A DNA stretch of 36,452 nt from an uncultured Veillonellaceae bacterium (lineage in GTDB: Bacteria; Bacillota; Negativicutes; UBA1444). A program made the position numbers and the translations under genes. The stretch is from the NCBI GenBank assembly GCA_964602025.1, contig CAZRQI010000003.1, forward strand, positions 1-36,452, in the 5' to 3' direction. The notes beneath the pieces were generated by a model, which searched no databases, had not been told where the DNA came from, and saw only the letters and a list, made by a program, of their open reading frames with translations. Each line of letters starts with the position of its first letter. Position 1 is the first letter of the stretch. Positions 1-7,654 of the stretch are shown piece by piece.

Positions 1-135
1 GCAACGCCGCCCGACTCACACCCAGTCGTTCAGCCAGTTGCTCCCCCGTCAGTGGGCCGCCCTCTTTGACCATTTCAATTATTTTTTCCTGTCGCGGCGT
101 AAGTAGAATGGAAACCACTCCTCTCCGAGATCCAT
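1..135 (-). CDS. HTH transcriptional regulator, N-terminal 45 codons only (gene runs off the left edge). Looks like a CcpN/BirA-N-type winged helix.
   Basis: Absent from the ORF track because it is under 60 aa. The minus-strand ATG at 135-133 lies 1 nt after the ppsA stop (TAG, 139-137). Translation: MDLGEEWFPFYLRRDRKKIIEMVKEGGPLTGEQLAERLGVSRAAL. The pattern 'I..VKE.GP.TGE.LAE.L.VSRA.L' matches my recollection of the N-terminus of B. subtilis CcpN and other HTH_11 repressors. The true start may be internal. Confidence 0.5.
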
Positions 136-136
136 A

Positions 137-2560
137 CTACCATGTATATTCGCTATTTTCCGCCAGTCCCCTGCCTGTAACCTTCTCTAAAATTATTCTT
201 TGTTCAATTTGCGCCACCCAATGCTTGGCGGCCTTGACAGCGTCGGGGTTCACAGATATGGAGTCAATTCCGCTCCGGATTAAGAATTCCGTGAAATCTG
301 GATAAACGCTGGGCGCCTGGCCACAGATGGAAACAGTTTTTCCATCTCGATGCGCCACTTCGATCAAATGCCGGATTGACCGTTTGACTGCCAGATTGCG
401 TTCATCAAATATGCCGGCGACACTGTCATTGTCCCGATCACACCCTAAAACCAACATGGTCAGGTCATTGGAGCCGATGGAATAGCCATCCACATATTGA
501 TTGAATTGATCCGCCAAAATGATATTCGATGGAATCTCGGCCATTAGCCATACCTTGAAGTCCGGCCCGCGGCGCAATCCCTCTTCCGCCATAAGGGCGG
601 TGACTTTCGCGGCTTCGTCCACGGTTCGGCAAAATGGAATCATGACATGCAAGTTTTTAAAGCCGAATTCTTCACGAACTTTCCTCACTGCCTGAAGTTC
701 AAGGCGGAAGGCTTCAATGTAGGCCGGGTCATAATACCGGGAAGCTCCGCGCCAACCCAGCAACGAACTCGGCTCGGCCGGTTCGTATTTGTCGCCGCCT
801 TTCAGGTCACGATACTCGCTGGATTTAAAATCGCTGAATCTCAAGGTAACAGGACGCGGCGCCATCGCTTGCGCAACTTTCCGGAAAGCATCCGCCAGCA
901 CATTCACCACTCGGTCCGGTTGATTCATTTCAATCAAATACATCGGATGTTCATGGATAAACGTTGTCCAGATAAATTCTTCCCGCATCAGACCGATTCC
1001 ATCGGAAGGCAACGGTGCATAACGAGCAGCCAGATCTGGATCTCCCAAATTCATATATATTTTTGTTCCTGTCACCGGGAAGGTTTCCACCGCAAATCCC
1101 GGACCAGCCTCGGCTGGGCGCGGCGTCGCCACCAGATCGCTGATCACGCCTTCGTAAATAACGCCATTTGTTGCATCCACCGTAATCTGCATCCCTGTTT
1201 GAATTGTGGTTGTAGCTGATTTGCCACGACTTTTTGTTCCGACTACGCAAGGAATGCCCAGTTCCCGACTGACAATCGAAGCATGGCAGGTCATTCCGCC
1301 GGAATCCGTCACGATCGCTTTGGCTTTTTTCATCGCTGGCACCCAATCCGGAGCCGTCATCTCGGTAACCAAAATTTCGCCTTCTTTAAAATTATCAATC
1401 AGGTTCGGCGACAAAATCACATGGGCAATCCCGCTGACACGGCCTGGGCTGGCTGGCAATCCTTTTACCAAAATGTTTCTTTCGGCGATAGGCGCGACTT
1501 CCGCTTCCTTTTTCACAGACACTACCTCCTTCTTTTCATTGGCAGCCGGTTTGATTTTATTGGACCAGATGGTTTCCGGACGAGCCTGGACAATCCAGAT
1601 TTTTTTGGTCCGCTCGTCCAAAGCCCACTCCATGTCCATATAAGTACCGTAATGTTTCTCGATATCCAGGGCATAACTGGCCAGTTCCCGAACCTGATCA
1701 TCCGACAAAACCGGAATGTTTTTAAGTTCTTCCGGCACCGGCTTTTCGACGACTCCGCCACCGGGCCGGCGTACCAGTTGAATTGCTTTTTCATTCACAG
1801 AGCGTTCCACGATCTCCAGACTCTCTTTGGCGACCCAGAAATGGTCGGGAGTCACGGTACCTTGAACCACATATTCGCCCAATCCCCAGGATCCTTCGAT
1901 CAGAATTTTCTTTTCATCGCCATTCATAACATTAACAGTAAACATAACCCCGGACGCCGCAGAAAACACCATCATCTGAACAACGGCGCTAAGCGCCGCT
2001 TCAGTATGGCTAAAATTTTTCTTTGTTCGGTAGTATACGGCACGATCGGTAAACATTGAGGCAAAACATTCCTTAACCCGTTCCACCACTTCCTCGGCGC
2101 CCCGAACATTCAAATACGTTTCTTGTTGTCCGGCAAAACTGGCATCAGGCAAATCTTCCGCCGTCGCGCTCGAACGAACCGCCACAAAAGGATTCTCTTC
2201 GCCGACTTTTGCCGCCAACTCGGCATAAGCTTGCCGGATCGACTGTTCAAAATTGAGCGGCAGCTGTGCGTCAACGATGGCCTGTCGAATGCTGGCGCAG
2301 ATTTCCCGCAATTGGCGGCTGTCCTCAACATTTGTCAGGTTCGCGATCATTTCACTGATTTTTTGATCCAAGCCGGTTTCTTTTAGAAAGGCGCGATATG
2401 CCTGAGCTGTAGTTGCAAAACCATAAGGAACCGGAACTCCGGTGCTGGAAGTCATTTCCCCCAACGATGCCGATTTCCCGCCAACAACCGCTACATCTTC
2501 CCTGCTGATATTATCAAACCACAATACCCATTGGTCTTCCGCATGCTTGTCGATCACCAT
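137..2560 (-). CDS. ppsA: Phosphoenolpyruvate synthase (pyruvate, water dikinase)
   Basis: The track ORF is 137..2617 with a TTG start. I prefer ATG 2560, which has AGGAGG (2570-2565) just upstream and gives MVIDKHAEDQWVLWF..., matching the usual PpsA N-terminal length. Motifs seen: VGGKSASLGEM (ATP-grasp part), GGMTCHASIVSRELGIP (phospho-His swivel) and GSNDLTM (C-terminal PEP-utilizer TIM barrel). Confidence 0.9.
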   Translation of the reverse strand: MVIDKHAEDQWVLWFDNISREDVAVVGGKSASLGEMTSSTGVPVPYGFATTAQAYRAFLKETGLDQKISEMIANLTNVEDSRQLREICASIRQAIVDAQLPLNFEQSIRQAYAELAAKVGEENPFVAVRSSATAEDLPDASFAGQQETYLNVRGAEEVVERVKECFASMFTDRAVYYRTKKNFSHTEAALSAVVQMMVFSAASGVMFTVNVMNGDEKKILIEGSWGLGEYVVQGTVTPDHFWVAKESLEIVERSVNEKAIQLVRRPGGGVVEKPVPEELKNIPVLSDDQVRELASYALDIEKHYGTYMDMEWALDERTKKIWIVQARPETIWSNKIKPAANEKKEVVSVKKEAEVAPIAERNILVKGLPASPGRVSGIAHVILSPNLIDNFKEGEILVTEMTAPDWVPAMKKAKAIVTDSGGMTCHASIVSRELGIPCVVGTKSRGKSATTTIQTGMQITVDATNGVIYEGVISDLVATPRPAEAGPGFAVETFPVTGTKIYMNLGDPDLAARYAPLPSDGIGLMREEFIWTTFIHEHPMYLIEMNQPDRVVNVLADAFRKVAQAMAPRPVTLRFSDFKSSEYRDLKGGDKYEPAEPSSLLGWRGASRYYDPAYIEAFRLELQAVRKVREEFGFKNLHVMIPFCRTVDEAAKVTALMAEEGLRRGPDFKVWLMAEIPSNIILADQFNQYVDGYSIGSNDLTMLVLGCDRDNDSVAGIFDERNLAVKRSIRHLIEVAHRDGKTVSICGQAPSVYPDFTEFLIRSGIDSISVNPDAVKAAKHWVAQIEQRIILEKVTGRGLAENSEYTW

Positions 2561-2605
2561 ACCGCCTCCTAATTTATTGTCGATTTTAATGTTATCATAT
2601 ATACG

Positions 2606-2645
2606 AATATTTGCCAATATAGCATATGCTATATTGGCAAATATT
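2606..2645. repeat. Perfect 40-bp palindrome (20+20, no spacer), candidate operator upstream of ppsA
   Basis: AATATTTGCCAATATAGCAT|ATGCTATATTGGCAAATATT, with all 20 base pairs checked by hand. It lies 46-85 nt upstream of the ppsA ATG and downstream of the glyQS terminator. Confidence 0.6.
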
Positions 2646-2690
2646 TTAATTATTTATTTCACATACTTTTTTCACGCTTCAACGTGCGGC

Positions 2691-2726
2691 AAAAAAAGAC
2701 CGGAGTTGAAACGCTCGACTCCGGTC
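2691..2726 (-). terminator. Rho-independent terminator of glyQ-glyS
   Basis: On the minus strand, GACCGGAGT (2726-2718), an 11-nt loop, ACTCCGGTC (2706-2698), then TTTTTTT (2697-2691). It starts about 57 nt after the glyS stop. Confidence 0.8.
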
Positions 2727-2783
2727 AAAAGATGTACTTATGCTATTGAATTCAAGCCCTGTCCAGGAAAACTATCGAACCGC

Positions 2784-4847
2784 CTATTGCGGCACAATTT
2801 TGCTGAAGTCGGCGATTGTCCGCGTGAGAGAACTAATGCTGCGCAGCAACGCCAACCGATTATCCCGTACCCTGGCATCCTCGACCATAACCATCACTGC
2901 GGCAAAAAAAGCATCAATCGGCGCTGCCAGTTCGGCAACAATCTGTAATGTCTCCAGATACGCCCGGGATTTCAATGCACCGGCAATCTTTTTTTCAGCG
3001 GTCTGGATGGCCAGGTGCAGATCTGTTTCCGCAGCGGTCTCAAATAACGATTCATCGATAGTATCACATTCCGTCTTACCGGCAAGATTGGAGGCGCGTG
3101 TGAAAGCTTCGACCGCCCGTTCCATCGCGGCAATTCCTTCCGGGGAAGCCATCGCCTTCGCCCGCAGCCAGGAGTCATAAATGTCATCCGTGTCCGTCGC
3201 CAGTAAGGCTTCGATAACATCATACCGAACACCGGCATCTCCCAACACGTTTTTTAAACGCAGACGGAAAAAATCCTTAAAGCTATCCAACACTTGCTGC
3301 TGTTTGTTGGAATCAATCAATCCAGTCAACTCCATGGCTTTTTGCGCCATTGCCGTCAGTGACAAGGATATCTTCCCATCGATCAGAATGTTCACTACCC
3401 CGAGGGCTTGCCGACGCAAGGCGTATGGATCCTGGGAACCGGTGGGTATAAGTCCCCGGCTGAAAGTGGTAACGATATTATCCAGTTTGTCGGCAATGGC
3501 AACAGCCCGTCCGGAAACTGTCGCAGGCAAAATGTCACCGGCAAACCGTGGCAGGTAATGTTCAAAAATTGCTTTGGCCACTGAAGGGGATTCGCCGGAT
3601 AGGCGGGCATATTCCTCACCCATAACCCCCTGCAATTCCGTGAACTCGCAGACCATTCCTGTCACCAAATCAGCTTTCGCCAATTCAGCCGCGCGTTCCA
3701 CCATCGGCAGATCTTGAGCGACCGCGCCCATTTGCCCGGCGATTACCGCCGACAATCTCTTGAGGCGCTGCGCTTTGTCATACATGGTGCCAAGCCCTTC
3801 CTGGAATACGATCGTCTTCAGTTTTTCCACGCGATCGCCCAATGGCGTCTTGCGGTCCTCATCATAAAAGAACCGGGCATCAGCCAACCGGGCCCGCAGC
3901 ACTCTTTCATTGCCGTGCCGAACATTATCGATAAACTCCGTTCCGCCATTTCGCACGGTAATAAACACCGGGTACAGCTTTCCATCCGCGCTGAATACCG
4001 GGAAATAACGTTGGTGTTCGCGCATCGGCGTAATAATGGCATCCGCCGGCAAGTCAAGATACTTCTCTTCAAAACTCCCACACAGCGCTGTCGGATATTC
4101 AACCAAAAACAACACTTCTTCCAATAGTTCAGCGTCGATGGTTGCCGTTCCACCCTGAGCCACTGCCAGTGCTTCCACCTGCCCGCGAATTAACGCGCGG
4201 CGTTCTTCTTGATCCACGATGACAAAATTGGCCCGCATCTGTGAGATGTAATCCGCTGCTGTCGGAATACCCACGGCGCTCGCTCCCAGCACCCGGTGCC
4301 CCCGGCTGATACGACCGGACTGAATCCCCGCCATCTCCAAAGAAATGATATCCTCGCCAAACAAAGCAACCAGCCAATGAATCGGCCGAACAAACTTCAG
4401 GTCGCGATCGCCCCAACGCATATTTTTGGGGAAAGTCAACGATTCCGCCAGCCCAAGCAATAAATCCGGCAGCAATCCCGCCACTGGCTTGCCCTCATCG
4501 TGAATTACCGCATAAACATATCCTTCTTCATTGATCAAATCCGCAACAGCGACTCCCGCGCCACGCGCGAACCCTTCCACTGCCTTGCTGGGCTTTCCCG
4601 CCGCATCATACGCAAGTTTCAATGACGGCCCTTTTTTCTTCGTCTTTTGGTCCGCCTGTCCCTCAGCGACATCCGTAATGATCAGGGCCAAGCGCCGAGG
4701 GGTCCCCAGCGTTTTCAATGTTCCATAGGCGATTCGTCGATCCGCCAGCGCCTTTCGGGCCAAATCAGCAAATTGCGCCAATGCGCCAGGCATGAACCGT
4801 GCCGGAATCTCTTCCGTGCCAATCTCAAATAACAAATCTTTTGCCAT
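2784..4847 (-). CDS. glyS: Glycine--tRNA ligase beta subunit
   Basis: 687-aa ORF with the characteristic N-terminus MAKDLLFEIGTEEIPARFMP. It starts 1 nt after the glyQ stop, the alpha2beta2-type GlyRS gene pair arrangement. Confidence 0.95.
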   Translation of the reverse strand: MAKDLLFEIGTEEIPARFMPGALAQFADLARKALADRRIAYGTLKTLGTPRRLALIITDVAEGQADQKTKKKGPSLKLAYDAAGKPSKAVEGFARGAGVAVADLINEEGYVYAVIHDEGKPVAGLLPDLLLGLAESLTFPKNMRWGDRDLKFVRPIHWLVALFGEDIISLEMAGIQSGRISRGHRVLGASAVGIPTAADYISQMRANFVIVDQEERRALIRGQVEALAVAQGGTATIDAELLEEVLFLVEYPTALCGSFEEKYLDLPADAIITPMREHQRYFPVFSADGKLYPVFITVRNGGTEFIDNVRHGNERVLRARLADARFFYDEDRKTPLGDRVEKLKTIVFQEGLGTMYDKAQRLKRLSAVIAGQMGAVAQDLPMVERAAELAKADLVTGMVCEFTELQGVMGEEYARLSGESPSVAKAIFEHYLPRFAGDILPATVSGRAVAIADKLDNIVTTFSRGLIPTGSQDPYALRRQALGVVNILIDGKISLSLTAMAQKAMELTGLIDSNKQQQVLDSFKDFFRLRLKNVLGDAGVRYDVIEALLATDTDDIYDSWLRAKAMASPEGIAAMERAVEAFTRASNLAGKTECDTIDESLFETAAETDLHLAIQTAEKKIAGALKSRAYLETLQIVAELAAPIDAFFAAVMVMVEDARVRDNRLALLRSISSLTRTIADFSKIVPQ

Positions 4848-4848
4848 C

Positions 4849-5724
4849 TTATTTCGCCCCCTTCAGAAGAGGATATCCCAATTTTTCACGTTGCGCCAAA
4901 TATCCTTGCGCGCAAAGACGGGCCAAATTTCGCACCCTGCCGATAAACGCCGTGCGTTCGCTGACGCTGATAGCTCCCCGGGAATTCAGCAGATTGAAAG
5001 TGTGGCTGCATTTCAGAACATAATCGTAAGCCGGCAGAACATAGCCCAGGTCAACAACCCGGACCGCTTCTTTTTCGTACATGTCAAACAGGCGGAACAG
5101 CATCTCGGTATCGGCAATTTCAAAATTGTAGTATGACTGTTCGACTTCATTGCGATGGAACACGTCACCATAGGTAATGCCATTGACCCATTCAATATCA
5201 AACACGTTTTCTTTCCCCTGAATATACATGGACAACCGTTCCAGACCATACGTAATCTCGACGGCAACCGGCTTCACGTCAATACTGCCCACTTGTTGGA
5301 AATACGTAAATTGAGTGATCTCCATTCCATCCAGCCAGACTTCCCAACCCAATCCCCAGGCGCCCAAGGTCGGCGATTCCCAGTTGTCTTCAACAAACCG
5401 GATGTCATGCTCCGCGGCTTTAATTCCCAATTGCGCCAGACTTTCCAGATACAGTTCCTGAATATTCAATGGCGACGGTTTCATGACCACCTGATACTGA
5501 TGGTGCTGAAACAGACGGTTGGGATTGTCGCCATAGCGGCCATCCGCCGGACGGCGCGAGGGTTCGACATAGGCCACGTTCCACGGCTCCGGTCCCAGCG
5601 CCCGCAGAAAAGTTGCCGGATTCATCGTACCAGCGCCTTTCTCCACGTCGTATGGCTGCTGGATGATACAGTTTTGGCCGGACCAAAACTTTTGCAGCGT
5701 CAGAATAATTTCCTGAAATGTCAT
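4849..5724 (-). CDS. glyQ: Glycine--tRNA ligase alpha subunit
   Basis: 291 aa. [48 protein letters not shown] is the highly conserved GlyQ N-terminus. GGAGGAAAAAGGC precedes the ATG. Confidence 0.95.
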   Translation of the reverse strand: MTFQEIILTLQKFWSGQNCIIQQPYDVEKGAGTMNPATFLRALGPEPWNVAYVEPSRRPADGRYGDNPNRLFQHHQYQVVMKPSPLNIQELYLESLAQLGIKAAEHDIRFVEDNWESPTLGAWGLGWEVWLDGMEITQFTYFQQVGSIDVKPVAVEITYGLERLSMYIQGKENVFDIEWVNGITYGDVFHRNEVEQSYYNFEIADTEMLFRLFDMYEKEAVRVVDLGYVLPAYDYVLKCSHTFNLLNSRGAISVSERTAFIGRVRNLARLCAQGYLAQREKLGYPLLKGAK

Positions 5725-5770
5725 GCCTTTTTCCTCCTTAAATTATTGCTACAAATTCAATCGTGCCCCA

Positions 5771-6016
5771 GAAAAGCAAAAACCCGTCCCTGCAACGACT
5801 ATTCGTTGCAGGGACGGGACAGTTCCCGCGGTTCCACCCTGCTTGACTCTTAACAGAGTCCGCCTTGCTTGTATGGCGAGTTTTACTCAATCCGTAAACG
5901 GATTTTTCCTCTCGCGGTTTGGGAAGGCCTTTCATCCGTCAAACGCCGAACTTCCACCCTCATCGGCTCGCTGTCTGTCCAAATGGCAGATTACTCTTTC
6001 CCGCATCACCGTAACT
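5771..6016 (-). promoter_or_regulatory. T-box riboswitch leader (glycine-specific) with intrinsic terminator
   Basis: Minus-strand RNA elements seen:
- GA/K-turn plus AGAGUA near the 5' end.
- A GGUGGAA distal-loop motif.
- GAAAGGCC with a candidate GGC specifier at 5929-5927.
- Stem III, GACUCUGUUAAGAGUC.
- T-box sequence AGGGUGGAACCGCGGG (about 5841-5825). Its UGGA bulge fits a U73 discriminator, i.e. tRNA-Gly.
- A 16-bp terminator stem (5818-5803 / 5798-5783) followed by UUUUUGCUUUUC. Confidence 0.85.
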
Positions 6017-6022
6017 GCAACT

Positions 6023-6051
6023 ATCATATCGAAAACACAAAAAAAATGCAA
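6023..6051 (-). promoter_or_regulatory. Sigma-A type promoter of the glyQS T-box leader
   Basis: On the minus strand, TTGCAT (6051-6046), a 17-nt spacer, then TATGAT (6028-6023). This places the transcription start about 6016, at the 5' end of T-box stem I. Confidence 0.6.
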
Positions 6052-6148
6052 GCCTCCTCGACGTATTTTGGGGGCAAGGCATTGTTGCCACCGACCATTT
6101 CGATGTACAATAGCAACAAAGAATATTTTGCCACAAGGAGGCTTCAGT

Positions 6149-6451
6149 ATGGCTCAATTAGAAATCCGAATTACAGCCGCCGCCCAAAAACACATAACTG
6201 AAAACGGCGATGCGCTTCAACTCATGGAAACCCGCGATTCACGCCTTGGTTGATGCCGGATCAACATTGGCCCATCCGTGCGATTGGGCGCTCCCTCTCC
6301 CAAAGATCTCGACCGCTATAACCATCTGACCATCAACGGCATTGAAATCTATATGCCTAAGTCGCTTTTTATTCCGGGGAACTTCACGATTTCCCTGCAA
6401 CGGTTTTTATGGTTCAAGTTCCTCACCATTGATGACTGGAAACTTGTTTAG
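6149..6451 (+). CDS. Candidate selenoprotein, 100 codons with in-frame UGA (codon 35, 6251-6253) followed by Cys. Small HesB/IscA-like or 'CC/Se motif'-type protein.
   Basis: AAGGAGG (6135-6141), 7 nt, then ATG 6149. The frame is open for 34 codons to the TGA, then stays open for 65 more codons to TAG 6449-6451. TGA is followed directly by TGC. Hairpins follow the TGA. The track shows only the first 34 codons, fused to a spurious upstream ORF (5723..6253). Confidence 0.55.
6255..6289 (+). promoter_or_regulatory. Candidate SECIS-like hairpin(s) immediately 3' of the in-frame UGA
   Basis: Two mutually exclusive folds:
- Fold A: 6255-6261 (GCCGGAU) pairs with 6274-6281 (AUCCG-u-GC), with one bulged U and a 12-nt loop CAACAUUGGCCC.
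- Fold B: 6270-6276 (GCCCAUC) pairs with 6282-6289 (GA-u-UGGGC), with a bulged U at 6284 and loop CGUGC. It starts 17 nt after the UGA. Confidence 0.35.
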
Positions 6452-7281
6452 ATTTTACGGGCTTCCTCTACGAGCAACGCGAGAAACGACAATTGCCCGT
6501 CCGCTTCCTGATTATCCTGAATTTGCCGCGCCAATTTATCGTTGGGAACCAACGCCGTGACCCCGCCGCAAGTTTGGTGCAACTCATACATCAACCGGTT
6601 GAGGGCGGATAATGCTTTCCCGTCCAATCGGGCGGCACCGCCGAAATCGAATTTCACGCCAGAGCACTGTCCCTGGCATTCATATTTTGTTTCCAGCGCC
6701 AGTGCCGCACAACTCCCCAACGAAAAATCCGGATTGATTTCTATCCGGATGGATCCATCCGAAAGCTTTTCAACATTATAGGGAGAAACCACTTCCGCTA
6801 TCGTCGTGTCAGTCTGGGAATCGGTTTTTTGGCTTCGCCGGTAGCGTCGCGCTTTTTCCCGAAACTCGGCGGTACTGAAAGGCTGTTTCATGATGGAAAC
6901 AACCGCTTCACACACCTGGGCCGCAGTAAACGGTTTCAGCAAAAAACCGCGTGCCCCTCGTTCCAGCGCTTCCTCGATCACCTTTCGTTGTTCCATGGCG
7001 CTGATAACTAAGAATCGTGCTTCCGGAAACGGCGCCAATATTTTTGACATGGCGGCCAACCCATTCATCGTCGGCATTCCCAAGTCCATTGTCACAACAT
7101 CCGGCTTGAGGCGGACATATTCCGTATAAGCTTTCACGCCGGTATCCGCCTCCCCGACGACCTGGTGACCGGCAGAAACCAGCATATCCTGCAGCAAACG
7201 CCGGATTGTCGCAGAATCATCCACAATCAGTATTCTTGCCAATGGGTTATCCCTCACATACCCTACTAGTATTTTTGGCAT
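6448..7281 (-). CDS. Response regulator: CheY-like receiver domain plus a C-terminal STAS-like (anti-sigma-antagonist-like) domain, with no DNA-binding domain
   Basis: 277 aa. The receiver part shows RILIVDDSATIRRLL...DVVTMDLGMPTMNG...ISAM...GFLLKPF. A Ser/Thr/Gln-rich linker follows. The C-terminal part, IRIEINPDFSLGSCAALALE...VKFDFGGAARLDGKALSALNRLMYELHQTCGGVTALV, looks like a STAS fold by eye. Confidence 0.75.
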   Translation of the reverse strand: MPKILVGYVRDNPLARILIVDDSATIRRLLQDMLVSAGHQVVGEADTGVKAYTEYVRLKPDVVTMDLGMPTMNGLAAMSKILAPFPEARFLVISAMEQRKVIEEALERGARGFLLKPFTAAQVCEAVVSIMKQPFSTAEFREKARRYRRSQKTDSQTDTTIAEVVSPYNVEKLSDGSIRIEINPDFSLGSCAALALETKYECQGQCSGVKFDFGGAARLDGKALSALNRLMYELHQTCGGVTALVPNDKLARQIQDNQEADGQLSFLALLVEEARKI

Positions 7282-7306
7282 AGTTGCTTGGACTTATCGG
7301 AGAAGA

Positions 7307-7654
7307 TTACAACAAAACCAGAGTAATGCCCGGATTTCCCCGTCCCAAATCACGGTCTTTGGCCAAGTCGGGACAGCTTTCCAATAATTTTCGGGACTCT
7401 TCATGAAAAATATCCCATTCTTCGCCGGAAACAAATGCTTTAATTTTGTTTTGGCGTTTTTTTACGCTCAAAAACTGCCGAACACCGATTCGCAGTTTGC
7501 CGCCAACTCCCGTGGACCCATATCCATGAATCAGTTTCACTGCTTTGGCTCCAGCTGCCCGAGACCGTCCCAATTCGCCGATAAGACGGGTTTGCGCTTG
7601 CGCCACCGTCGGCATTCCTTCTTCCAAGTTGATCGTCATCAAGCTGGCTGCCAT
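7307..7654 (-). CDS. Smr domain-containing small protein
   Basis: 115 aa. AVKLIHGYGSTGVGGKLRIGVRQFL resembles the Smr 'IIHGKG.G.LR..V..wL' core. Its ATG overlaps the recO stop (TAATG). Confidence 0.6.
   Translation of the reverse strand: MAASLMTINLEEGMPTVAQAQTRLIGELGRSRAAGAKAVKLIHGYGSTGVGGKLRIGVRQFLSVKKRQNKIKAFVSGEEWDIFHEESRKLLESCPDLAKDRDLGRGNPGITLVLL

Noticed and set aside
1283-2059. 258-aa plus-strand ORF (and 647..1219, 1206..1643)
   Set aside because: These ORFs are antisense shadows inside ppsA. They have no SD, are rich in Arg, His and Phe, and have no motif support.
2561-2617. N-terminal extensions suggested by the ORF track
   Set aside because: Affected regions: ppsA 2561-2617, ybeY 12202-12300, rpsU 18330-18350, gcvPA 22125-22145, gcvT 23619-23636, EBP 25577-25606, REC-HDOD 29642-29797. 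In each case a downstream start has a properly spaced SD and gives a family-typical N-terminus. The longer forms overlap the upstream gene or the SD itself.
5723-6148. Upstream part of the 176-aa plus-strand ORF 5723..6253
   Set aside because: This part runs antisense through the glyQS T-box leader and promoter and has no SD. Only the last 34 codons, from ATG 6149 with AAGGAGG upstream, look like a real coding start. They belong to the UGA-containing gene.
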